NCBI GenBank assembly: GCA_009903405.1
Contig: PRCZ01000001.1
Coordinates: 55,612-119,611, forward strand
From: Candidatus Methanophaga sp. AG-394-G06
Lineage (GTDB): Archaea; Halobacteriota; Syntropharchaeia; Alkanophagales; Methanospirareceae
Direction of reading: 5' to 3'
Length of the DNA: 64,000 bases
Below, in pieces: positions 8,451 to 17,974 of the stretch (position 1 is its first letter; each line of letters opens with the position of its first letter). Both the position numbers and the translations under genes were made by a program. The notes beneath the pieces are model-generated. The model did not search any database. It saw only the letters and a list, made by a program, of their open reading frames with translations, and was not told the DNA's origin.

Positions 8451-11400
8451 TTACAGCTCCTGAAGAATGCGAAAGCCGAGGTCGATGTAGCGGACGCGGG
8501 GGTCGCGGCGGTCACGAAGAGCAGATCGGCACTCCACTGTGTCGCTGAGCCAGCCACCGCCGCGACCGATCCGGTCGGCCCCATCGGGAGGCCCTTCTGG
8601 GTTGCTGTCAGGACTATTTGCATAATAGTTATCATCATACCAGTCAGAACACCATTCCCAGACATTGCCGGCCATATCAAAACATTCATATAGACTTTTC
8701 CCTTTTGGGAATATACCTACGGGACTGGTACGAAGTAATCTTGACTCATCGGTATTGCACAAATTCTTATCAAAGTCTTCGCCCCAAGGATACTTAAAAC
8801 CTTTTGTCCCACGGGCTGTTTTTTCCCACTCGGTTTCTGTCGGCAGACGATACTGATGTCCCGTTCTTTCACTTAACCAATTAGCATATGCTTCCGCTTC
8901 ATACCAGCTTATACCAACCACAGGGAAATTGGGACCATTCCATTTTCGGTCATGCCAGTATCCAGGTTTGGAAATCTTGTTTTCTTCACGCCACAGCCAT
9001 CCTTCTTCTGACCACATATCTTTCCTAGCCTTACCGTAACCACCGTCATCAACGAATTCTTTAAATTCGTCATTTGTTACCGGATACTTGCCGATCCAGA
9101 AATCGTCAAGATAAATTTCACGTTGTGGTTTTTCATTAGAATATGCATCTGCATCATCCTCTCCACTTCCCCGTATGAACTTGCCACCTTTTACAAGAAC
9201 CATATTATCCTTTTTAATACGCAGGTCGCCCAGTGTGCCGATGATTTCGCCTGCCTCGAATCGCTCTTCCAGACTGGCATTAGACTCAATCAATTTATAC
9301 AGTTTATTACGTGCCAGAGTCACAACTTCATCATCCCTTTTGGAAGGCTGGAAATCGCGCAGTGCCCTCGAACCGAGAAGCCAGAGCCGTCGTTTGATTT
9401 TTTCATCTTCTTGTTTTGTGTTTAAAATCGCCTCTACTACGTCGTTACTCCTCTTTCGCATCTCAAGATTCAAGAAACCGGTATATAGGAGAATCGTTTC
9501 CGCCCACCAGTCATTCTCAACAAAATCTGTATAGTCAATATCCATATAAACGATCTGCTTTGCCGCCATAAATTCCTGAAATGTTAGATGTGTAAACTCT
9601 ATTTCACCGCCACTAAGCAGGTTAAATAACCCGCAGTTGGGTTCGAATTCGTCAAACAGATGCTTTATACGCCTTTGGTAAACATTCACCTGCTCATCTT
9701 CCTTTTGAACGGAAATTATCTTCAATATATCTAACCCATCACCTACTTCAAAGGTCTTGAGATTCTTATTCTGCATATCAAAAGCTAAAAGCATGAGAAA
9801 CTCCCGAACCTCACTCACTTTATCGGGTTCCGCAGGGTCGTGGAAACGCCGCCACAATAGATTCTCTACTATGCGGTCGTAGAGGTCAGCTCGCTGTCCC
9901 GGAATACGTCCACCTGCCAGGTAGAGCACGCACACCGCGGCTAACAGCAGTGGGTTCTGAGTGAAAACAGATACGTGTTCATGAAACACTATATCTGAGA
10001 TCATATCTTCTGCAGTCATATCTGCAAGTCCAGTGGCTTTGCCTGAGACCGCTCTGAACCATTTCCTTATGAATTCGTTTATCTTTTGATCATCCAGATA
10101 TTCGATTTCACAAATGTATTTCCCAAACCGTTCATTAGGTCTACCGGCAATACCATGTGGTCTCCCGGTAATCAAAAAACGGTTCTTTTTGTTCTCGAAT
10201 TGGAAGTCCGCGATGAGTTCGACAAGGTCATCACGAATTTCCTCCGGGATCTCGTCTAGACCATCGAACATGAGCAAGGCCCTGTTATGTTGAAGGAAAT
10301 TGGATATAACCGCCAAGTCTAGGGGGCATTTGCTTTTTTCAAGGTATGCTTCCAATAGCGGTTCAAAAGTGATTCTCGCTCCAGATTTCTTCAATTCTTC
10401 GCGGTAAACGAGCCATAGGTCTTTTAGAAATACTATCACCGGGAGGTAGTCCCTGAGGGCGTTCTGACACGAGCCCTCGATTATTGTATTAGCGAGATGT
10501 TTTATCAACGTTGTCTTACCCATGCCAGCCTTGCCACGCAGAAGAATGCAATTTACCCGCCCTAGAAGCGCCTCGATGTCTATTGTTGCGGGCTCTTTCA
10601 AATCCGCTTCTCCTTCAAGCTCGTCTTTCTGTTCCAATCGTGATTTTTCTTCATGATCCTTACTCATTCGCTCCATTTCCGCTTTATAGAAAGGGTTGGC
10701 CGTTTCAAGAGGAATATAGACCTCGACTAGTTGAACAGGAAGTACTTCTCCTTTCTTTGCTAACTGATCATAAGAAATAGTCGAGTGGAAATCTCGTACC
10801 CAGTCCTTGTATTCCGGCGGGATTTTTTGGGATGGTTCTATTTGAGGACCCTGAGGGAACTCAAAGGTATTAAGATCGAAGTATTCCTTCCCCTTCTGCA
10901 CTTTCCAGCATTCCCCATCCGGGACGAATTCATTCCGCCTATCATCCAGAATATAAGGCCAGACCCTCACAGCCACACCTTTTTCCTGGAACTCGACACG
11001 AACGAACTGAAAACCTATCCGCCCATTTCTATTATCTGTGTAAGATGCATTAGCCCCGAGGCAAATATAAGAATTTGAGGGGACTCTAAGCACAAATGCC
11101 TTATCGGCATGGATATGTCCATGAAGTACTAATCCACAGTTCTTGGATAATTCCACATGAGATTTGCCAAAATCTTGCTCATTAAACCAATCGAAAGGGT
11201 GATGCGTCAAAAGTATTTTGTTCTGAATTGTTGACATATATATAGCATTCATCACCTGTGGAAAACCGAGGGTTATATTAAATCTAACCCTATCAGTTTC
11301 TGAAGCCCAGCAACTGTTGAGACCTAAGAAAGAGACGTTCTTATCCTTAAAGTTCTTGACCCAAAAGTAGTCGTCTTCTGATCTGTAAAGATCGGGATTT

Positions 11401-11822
11401 AACTCTTGCACAAATTGCCGAAATGGCTTAAATTTGACATTGATATTGCTCTTTCTTTCCTCTTCATCTTCAAGAAAAGCATCAGTTTGCTGTTTCTTGA
11501 CAATATCGTGAAGCGAAAAATATTTCGATACATTATCTCTATCCACATCGTGATTGCCGGGGACGACAAGGAAGGTTGTTTTTTCTGGTAATACTAATTT
11601 AAGGTCGGCAAAGAAACTTTTTGCTTCTTCGTATTCTTTTCCCGAAAACGCAATGTCGCCTGTAACTGCAACGAAATCGAGATCTAAATTATTCTTGCCT
11701 ATATGCTCATTTATTTTAGCATGCATTTTTGCTCTTACATCTTTTCGAAAGGTTTTGTTTTCGTCGTCTTTGTCCCTTTTAAAATGGATGTCGGACAGAT
11801 GCAGTATCTCGATCTTGCTCAT
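8451..11822 (-). CDS. STAND-class NTPase fusion: metallophosphoesterase - NACHT-type P-loop - helical repeats - FGE/SUMF1-like domain
   Basis: MPE motifs LHLSDIHF, GDIAFSG, VPGNHD, THHP, LHGHIH. Walker A GKAGMGKTT (nt 10512-10535), Walker B LLMFDGLDE. C-terminal GKYPVTNDEF, WYEAEAYANW, RLPTETEWE, GNVWEWCSDWY, RGGGW, LGFR. Confidence 0.85.
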   Translation of the reverse strand: MSKIEILHLSDIHFKRDKDDENKTFRKDVRAKMHAKINEHIGKNNLDLDFVAVTGDIAFSGKEYEEAKSFFADLKLVLPEKTTFLVVPGNHDVDRDNVSKYFSLHDIVKKQQTDAFLEDEEERKSNINVKFKPFRQFVQELNPDLYRSEDDYFWVKNFKDKNVSFLGLNSCWASETDRVRFNITLGFPQVMNAIYMSTIQNKILLTHHPFDWFNEQDFGKSHVELSKNCGLVLHGHIHADKAFVLRVPSNSYICLGANASYTDNRNGRIGFQFVRVEFQEKGVAVRVWPYILDDRRNEFVPDGECWKVQKGKEYFDLNTFEFPQGPQIEPSQKIPPEYKDWVRDFHSTISYDQLAKKGEVLPVQLVEVYIPLETANPFYKAEMERMSKDHEEKSRLEQKDELEGEADLKEPATIDIEALLGRVNCILLRGKAGMGKTTLIKHLANTIIEGSCQNALRDYLPVIVFLKDLWLVYREELKKSGARITFEPLLEAYLEKSKCPLDLAVISNFLQHNRALLMFDGLDEIPEEIRDDLVELIADFQFENKKNRFLITGRPHGIAGRPNERFGKYICEIEYLDDQKINEFIRKWFRAVSGKATGLADMTAEDMISDIVFHEHVSVFTQNPLLLAAVCVLYLAGGRIPGQRADLYDRIVENLLWRRFHDPAEPDKVSEVREFLMLLAFDMQNKNLKTFEVGDGLDILKIISVQKEDEQVNVYQRRIKHLFDEFEPNCGLFNLLSGGEIEFTHLTFQEFMAAKQIVYMDIDYTDFVENDWWAETILLYTGFLNLEMRKRSNDVVEAILNTKQEDEKIKRRLWLLGSRALRDFQPSKRDDEVVTLARNKLYKLIESNASLEERFEAGEIIGTLGDLRIKKDNMVLVKGGKFIRGSGEDDADAYSNEKPQREIYLDDFWIGKYPVTNDEFKEFVDDGGYGKARKDMWSEEGWLWREENKISKPGYWHDRKWNGPNFPVVGISWYEAEAYANWLSERTGHQYRLPTETEWEKTARGTKGFKYPWGEDFDKNLCNTDESRLLRTSPVGIFPKGKSLYECFDMAGNVWEWCSDWYDDNYYANSPDSNPEGPPDGADRIGRGGGWLSDTVECRSALRDRRDPRVRYIDLGFRILQEL

Positions 11823-12418
11823 AGTACCACCACTTTTTTATTTTATGTTTCTTTTATTGTATTTATTTACACAGATTGCACGTATTTATTTTTATCTCAC
11901 TCTGCAATAATGAGTTTGTCAACTTTTTGTTCTGCTTTTGTACTCTGAGACCGCCGCTCATCCAATAAATATCCGTGAAATATGCACTACCAGTTTAACA
12001 ATGTTACAGTCCACACTTTATCTGCCAGCTAACATCTACTGGCGGTGTGTCTATATCAAACATATGGAATGCATCTCCATCACAAATCCATTTTGATTTG
12101 TTTTTTGGCGTTCCTTGCCAATAATAGATATGCCCATCGGCAAACCCTAACCTGTTCCCCACATACTCCCATACTGGACAGGGAATTTGCCCTAACTCGT
12201 TCCATTCATCTTCTGTTTAGAGCTTTTGGCTTTTGTTGAGATAAGCAGAGTAGACAAAGAAGAGAGTGCATCTGGCGTAGCGTCTTATAGGGTTAGAATT
12301 ACAGAAGAGGGGCTGAAAGTAGCAAAGAAGATTCTCAAGAGTCTGAAAACCTAAAGAACCTGTACAAACTAAAAGCCCTTTGGAACGGTATAAAAATTAT
12401 ATCTCTATACTGGTAAAT

Positions 12419-13135
12419 CTATGCGGGTGACGTGATCGCACCCATATCACTAACAAAATACTCATAAAACGCGCTCCCCGCCTCAATACTACCATTGTAT
12501 TGGATCGCTGCATCGTCCGGTTGAAAAGCCATGAAATTAACAAAGCCCATATTAATAAGATGAGGGTATTTGAAATCGATGACGCTTTCCGCATTAACGG
12601 TAACATTCAGATCAGGAGTTGAGAATACTACCTTGACTGGCCTTTTCCTGTTGAACTCACTCTCAGTTATCCAATCAGTTTCTGTAATCATTATTTCATC
12701 GGCTGAATACTCTGCAAGTACCGTCCCATTATGCTTGTCCAGCAATATCATGTGTTTATACGAATAATCATTGTAACCATCATCCAGATCATCAGAGCTG
12801 TAATTCAAATTATAGCCCGAAAAAGCAGAGCCATTAAATCTCTTTACGCCATCCGGGTACACATAGTCCACGTAAGGAGTATGCAATGCTATGTAATGGA
12901 CCAGAGTAACAAAGAAACCAATATCCTTCTCTTCACCATCAGACGAGGCTAATGTTGCCCTCCCATTTAGGTACTACCATTCGGCCATAAAGTCAACATT
13001 GTAATCTGTCTCTAAGTGCCCACCTTCGGTAAAGTCTGCCATATTTGCAGATGAATCCGCGGATGTGGGCTCTATGCAGATCACCACCACAAGCAATAAT
13101 GTTAACCCTAACAGTATGTTACTTGTTTTGTTCAT
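12419..13135 (-). pseudogene. Secreted hypothetical protein interrupted by one in-frame TAG
   Basis: ATG at 13135 gives MNKTSNILLGLTLLLVVVICIEPTSA (signal peptide)...DFMAEW-TAG(12974-12976)-YLNGRATLASS..., running in frame into track ORF 12419-12886. Confidence 0.6.
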
Positions 13136-13236
13136 TTTTTTTTTATGTATATGAAATATACCTATCTTCTATTAAAGACACTGATTTACACGGATTTACT
13201 AAACTAAATTTAAGTTTGACATTGTTGATCATTATC

Positions 13237-13268
13237 ATCTGTGTCAATCTGCGTTAATCTGTGTCAAT
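13237..13268. repeat. Three tandem 10-bp units (atctgtgtca/atctgcgtta/atctgtgtca) overlapping the stop of the beta-helix gene
   Basis: Read directly. Same ACRCAGAT(T) unit family as 1414-1441, 35438-35472 and 48461-48488. Confidence 0.6.
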
Positions 13269-16200
13269 AATTTATTTTCTTATTCATTATCCAATCTGCG
13301 ACATTATCAATAACAATTAGAGCTACATGACCGGGTATGAAAAGATCCGCGGGCGTGGCCTCACCAGTGCCGGGCACGACCATAAAGAGATGATTATAAT
13401 CAGAATAAAGAATAAAGCACACGTTATTTTTCCCGGTCAGACCTTTTATCCACATCTCATAATCTACCATTGTAACGTGGTAATCGCGTTCTCCTTGAAG
13501 AATAAGAATAGGGCAAGACAAATTTCTTGCTGTTTTTACGGGATTATAATCACTTAAATCCTCCCAATAAGATTTCGGAGCGCCTAAGAGTATTTCACCG
13601 TTGCTTATGTTAAGTTCTTTCACTTTCTTTGCTTGTTCCCTTAGTTCTTCTAAGCTCTTTAGTTCCTTATCGTCTATCTTTCCATCCAGAGATGCCAGAT
13701 ACTCTGTTTGTTCTATAATTAGATCCGGTAAACTTCTCGCCCCGGCAGCAAGGAGAATAACTCCAGAGATGTTTTCATCGCGAGCCGCTATCCGAGGAGT
13801 GAGATACCCGCCCCAACTATGCCCCAAAACGGAAATATTGTCAGGATCAATCCTTTCGGTTTCACGAAGCAAATCAACTGCTGCTATTGCATCATCAATC
13901 GTCTCATCGTTTACTGTGAAATTATCATTCTTAATCATAGCAATGCATTCTTCTGGATATCGGTAGGTGCGCTTGTCATAGCGGAGCACGGCAATGCCCT
14001 CCGTAGCAAGTCCCCATGCGAGGTCTTTAAAGGGCTTATTGGGGCCTATAGTTTCATCCATGTCCTCTGGTCCGGAGCCCGCGACTAAAACAACAGCACG
14101 AAAAGGCCCTTTCCCTTTCGGTATGGTTAACGTTCCCGGCAACTTCCATTCACCTGTGCCAACTGTGCATTCTATTTCCGTGAATGAGTCAGGATCCGCA
14201 TATTCTGGGGGTTGGTATATTTGTTGAAAATACAGCCCCGCTATCTTTTCATCATTGTCAAAAACTATTCTCGCCTCAAGGAAAGCGTTGGAAACGTTGC
14301 ATGAGACACAAACGATTTCATAGCCCTTTTCCTCTGTGCTACTGATGTTCACGATTCCTGTACACACGCCATATTGATCAATCAAACCATTCCAGGTTGC
14401 ATTGAGTTTATCAACAGGTAAGGCTTCAGCCACATCCTTGTTAAAAAAATCATGTGCCTTTTCAAATTCACCTTCATTGAGGAGATTAATAAATGTCTTA
14501 GCTATTGTTTCCATATTAGCCGTAGCTGCTACTTCCGTCTCAGATTCACTACTTATGTAGTACTCAAAAGGCTTCGTTAAGGGATAATCATCACATTCAT
14601 CCTTTTCTGAATCTATGCTATAAGGTGTGTTTCCAATGCCATTTGCATCTGCCCTCCCTTTGTAATCAGCCCAATAGTTGCCTAAGTAGCTCTCGTAAGT
14701 TGTTCTGTTATACGTGTAGGTTATTTCTTCTGGCGAGTTCCAGATGTTGGCTGATGCATAAGAATCAACATTAGCAAAAATGTTGTTTATGAAGTTGTTG
14801 ATATAGATGCTATTGTTGCTGGAAAAGGAGAGGTCGATGCCGTTATTGCTGTTCTTGACATTGTTGCCTGTTATGGTGTTGTTGCAGGAAGATGAGAGGC
14901 GGATGCCCGTATTGCTATTGTTGTGGATAGTATTGTTTAAGACTTTACTATCTTCTGTCTTCCAAAGTCCTATCCCAACACTTGTATTGGCTAAATCCAG
15001 ACCTTCTACCGTGATATTAGTGCAATTGACAAGTATAACCTGTCCTGCATCTCCAACCGTATAATCCGAAGCATCTTCCAGATAAACAAGAGGCTTACCA
15101 TTTACTGTATTGTCTTCCACGGCGTTTTGATAGTGCTCAAAAACAGAAAGACCACAATTTACAAATGTATTGCCTGTTATGGTGGTGTTGCTGCAGGAAT
15201 CCCAGAGGCTGATGCCGCCAATGCTGTTGTTGCAGACTTTGTTACCGGTTATTGTGTTGTTGCTAGATCCCCAGAGGCTAATGCCGCCAATGCTGTTGTT
15301 GTTAAGTTTGTTGCCTGCTATGCTGTTGTTGCTGGAACGGGAGAGGCAGATGCCATTTCCGTTGTTGCTAACAGTATTGTTTAAGACTTTACTATCTTCC
15401 GTCTTCCATAGTGCTATCCCAACGCTCGTATTGACAAAATCCAGATTTTCTACCGTTATATTAGTGCAATTGACAAGTATTACCTGTCCTGCATCTTCAA
15501 CCGTATAATTCGAAGCATCTTCCAGATAAACAAGAGGCTTACCATTTACTATATTGCCTTCCACGGTGTTTTGATAGGAATCATCAACACGAAGACCATC
15601 ATTTACGAATGTATTGCCTGTTATGGTGTTGTTGGTGGAACGGGAGAGGCTGATGCCGTCATCGTTGTTGTCGCCGACATTGTTGCCTTTTATGCTGTTG
15701 TTGCTGGAACGAGAGAGGTAGATGCCGCCACAGTTATTGTGGACATTGTTGCCGGTTATTGTGTTGTTAAAAGGGAAGAGCACGAAAGAGGAGAGCCAGA
15801 TGCCGACATTGCTGTTGTTGCCGACATTGTTGTCTGTAATGGCGTTGTTGGAAGAGTCGCCGGAAAGGTAGATGCCAACATTGCTGTTGCTACTGGCATT
15901 GTTGTCTGTTATGGTGTTGTTACTGGAATCTGAGATGCTTATGCCGTCCCCATTGTTGTTGCTGGCATTGTTGCCTGTAATGGAGTTGTTGCTGGAATCG
16001 GAGAGGCTGATGCTGCCACAGTTGTTGTTGCTTACATTGTTGTTTGATATTCTACTGTTTTCTGTCTTACATAACTCTATACCAACGTCCGTATTAGATA
16101 AATCAAGATTTTCCACTGTGATATTAGTGCAATTGACAAGTATTACCTGTCCTGCATCTTTAACCGTGTAATCCGAAGCATCTTCCAGATAAACAAGGTG

Positions 16201-16863
16201 CTTACCATTTACTGTATTGCCTGCCACAATGTTTTGATAGGAATCATCAACACGAACCCCATTATTTACAAATGTATTGCCTGTAATGGTGTTGTTGTTG
16301 CTGGAATCGGCGAGGTAGATACCGCCATATTTGTTGTTGCTGACATTGTTACCTGTTATTGTGTTATTGATGGAATCGGAGAGGCTGATGCTGTATTCGT
16401 TGTTGTAGAGATTGTTGCCGGTAATGGAGTTGTTGCTGGAAGAGTCGACGCTGATGCCGTCACTGTTGTTGCGGACATTGTTACCGGTTATTGTGTTGTT
16501 GCCGGAAATTACTCTGATCCCAGCACCATTCCACATACTCCCAGAGTTTGTTGCATTGAATCCTTCAAACGTAATCCCATCTGCATTTAAAGTAATCGCA
16601 CTACCACTGCCGTTTACATCCACAACAGGATAATCAATCCCTTTTAGTGTAATCGATTTATTAACATACACATGTTCATGGTAAACACCGGAATGTACTA
16701 TAATCGTATCGCCCATAGAAGCATTATTTATCGCTTCTTGTATCACTGAAAAATCAGCCCCGCTGCTGCCATCCACAGACCAGTTCGTTGCAGATGCAGT
16801 AGCCACAAAACTCAGCACCAAAATCGTAGCCCATATGACCAATAGCCTCCCTCTTGTATCCAT
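13264..16863 (-). CDS. Secreted surface protein: parallel beta-helix (NosD/PbH1-type) repeats + DUF3887-like + alpha/beta hydrolase domain
   Basis: Signal peptide. Dozens of ITGNNVxNN beta-helix rungs. Three VNGKxLVYLEDASxYTVxDAGQVILVNCTNITVE modules. C-terminal GHSWGG nucleophile elbow with downstream D and H. Confidence 0.85.
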   Translation of the reverse strand: MDTRGRLLVIWATILVLSFVATASATNWSVDGSSGADFSVIQEAINNASMGDTIIVHSGVYHEHVYVNKSITLKGIDYPVVDVNGSGSAITLNADGITFEGFNATNSGSMWNGAGIRVISGNNTITGNNVRNNSDGISVDSSSNNSITGNNLYNNEYSISLSDSINNTITGNNVSNNKYGGIYLADSSNNNTITGNTFVNNGVRVDDSYQNIVAGNTVNGKHLVYLEDASDYTVKDAGQVILVNCTNITVENLDLSNTDVGIELCKTENSRISNNNVSNNNCGSISLSDSSNNSITGNNASNNNGDGISISDSSNNTITDNNASSNSNVGIYLSGDSSNNAITDNNVGNNSNVGIWLSSFVLFPFNNTITGNNVHNNCGGIYLSRSSNNSIKGNNVGDNNDDGISLSRSTNNTITGNTFVNDGLRVDDSYQNTVEGNIVNGKPLVYLEDASNYTVEDAGQVILVNCTNITVENLDFVNTSVGIALWKTEDSKVLNNTVSNNGNGICLSRSSNNSIAGNKLNNNSIGGISLWGSSNNTITGNKVCNNSIGGISLWDSCSNTTITGNTFVNCGLSVFEHYQNAVEDNTVNGKPLVYLEDASDYTVGDAGQVILVNCTNITVEGLDLANTSVGIGLWKTEDSKVLNNTIHNNSNTGIRLSSSCNNTITGNNVKNSNNGIDLSFSSNNSIYINNFINNIFANVDSYASANIWNSPEEITYTYNRTTYESYLGNYWADYKGRADANGIGNTPYSIDSEKDECDDYPLTKPFEYYISSESETEVAATANMETIAKTFINLLNEGEFEKAHDFFNKDVAEALPVDKLNATWNGLIDQYGVCTGIVNISSTEEKGYEIVCVSCNVSNAFLEARIVFDNDEKIAGLYFQQIYQPPEYADPDSFTEIECTVGTGEWKLPGTLTIPKGKGPFRAVVLVAGSGPEDMDETIGPNKPFKDLAWGLATEGIAVLRYDKRTYRYPEECIAMIKNDNFTVNDETIDDAIAAVDLLRETERIDPDNISVLGHSWGGYLTPRIAARDENISGVILLAAGARSLPDLIIEQTEYLASLDGKIDDKELKSLEELREQAKKVKELNISNGEILLGAPKSYWEDLSDYNPVKTARNLSCPILILQGERDYHVTMVDYEMWIKGLTGKNNVCFILYSDYNHLFMVVPGTGEATPADLFIPGHVALIVIDNVADWIMNKKINY

Positions 16864-17231
16864 CTTTTATATCCCTCTTAATTAACAGTAATCTTCACAT
16901 TTTTAGTTGGTGGTGTTAATATATAACATATAGACTTTCTCTTAAATTACACCACGTATTAGGTAGTAGTAGAAACGCCTTATTTAAAATTGAAGCCATA
17001 TCTAGGCCAACTTAATAAACGCACTCATATTGTACGGTTTAGCGAAAAATTCCATTTATGTGTCCCATGCTGAGCAGTCGCCCATCTGGCCCTGAACAAT
17101 TTTGATATTTCAAATGATATTTCACCTTATAGGATACTCTTGTCCTGGTTGTAAATGACCATATTCGAAGGCTTTTTATAGGTGCATTGTCGTCTAAAGC
17201 TCATCGAAAAGATAGTCATTTTCTGCTTTTC

Positions 17232-17684
17232 TTAACTCCGCAACCCCCGCTTCTCTTTCTTCTCTACCTTTATCTCTTCGATCTTTGTATGCGGGTAATT
17301 ACCGGTTTCGTCCTTCTCCTCCGGTTTCACCATGTCCCATAACGTCAGCAAAGCCACACTCACACCATGCAGTGCATCCATCTCAACACCAGTTTTTCCA
17401 ACGGATTTCACTGATACCACTGCTTTTATATCGCGTTCGCCGATAGAAAAATCAACCTTTACGGAATCTATACTTATAGGATGGCACATAGGGATCACAT
17501 CAGGTGTTTTTTTTACTGCTAATATCGCTGCTATTTCCGCACACCCAAGCACATTCCCCTTCCTTACAGTACCACTTTTTATCTTCTCTATCGTGCTACT
17601 CTTAATTTGTATCCTACCAGAAACTACTGCCTCTCTTACGACATCGCCTTTTTCACTTATGTCTATCATACCCGATTGAGTCAT
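17232..17684 (-). CDS. moaC: Cyclic pyranopterin monophosphate synthase MoaC
   Basis: MIDISEKGDVVREA..., IPMCHPI, KTGVEMDALHGVSVALLTLWDMVK. Confidence 0.9.
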   Translation of the reverse strand: MTQSGMIDISEKGDVVREAVVSGRIQIKSSTIEKIKSGTVRKGNVLGCAEIAAILAVKKTPDVIPMCHPISIDSVKVDFSIGERDIKAVVSVKSVGKTGVEMDALHGVSVALLTLWDMVKPEEKDETGNYPHTKIEEIKVEKKEKRGLRS

Positions 17685-17701
17685 AGTCTCCCTATACTAC
17701 A

Positions 17702-17932
17702 TCAAAGTGGCCAGACACCGAAATATACCTCCAGACCTAATACTATTGCACCAATAGCTATGCCTGCGATCAATATCGTCTTCGGCGACATTTTGACTGC
17801 GGATTCTTCTACGTCATAATATCGCATTAAGCCGGCAGAGGACATAAGCCCACGCTCTTCTCCACTTCCTCCACTTCCACCGCCTCTCCCACCTTCTTTC
17901 TTTGCTTTCTTCGCGGTTTTTACTTTTCCCAT
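17702..17932 (-). CDS. secG: Preprotein translocase subunit Sec61beta (archaeal SecG)
   Basis: 76 aa: basic/Gly-rich N-terminus, SSAGLMRYYD motif, single C-terminal TM. Confidence 0.8.
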   Translation of the reverse strand: MGKVKTAKKAKKEGGRGGGSGGSGEERGLMSSAGLMRYYDVEESAVKMSPKTILIAGIAIGAIVLGLEVYFGVWPL

Positions 17933-17974
17933 ATTTCACCATTTGTTTTTGCTGTTATATTAATTTTCTAGAAA

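Noticed and set aside
8255-8689. 144-aa minus-strand ORF overlapping the 3' end of the STAND gene
   Set aside because: It is an alternative frame of the FGE-domain coding region that extends into the gap. It has no motifs and implausible composition.
14807-16633. Regularly spaced repeats and many plus-strand ORFs, which at first glance look array-like
   Set aside because: The periodicity comes from coding beta-helix rungs and three large modules of the minus-strand gene. There is no repeat-spacer structure, so this is not a CRISPR array. The plus-strand ORFs are repeat shadows.
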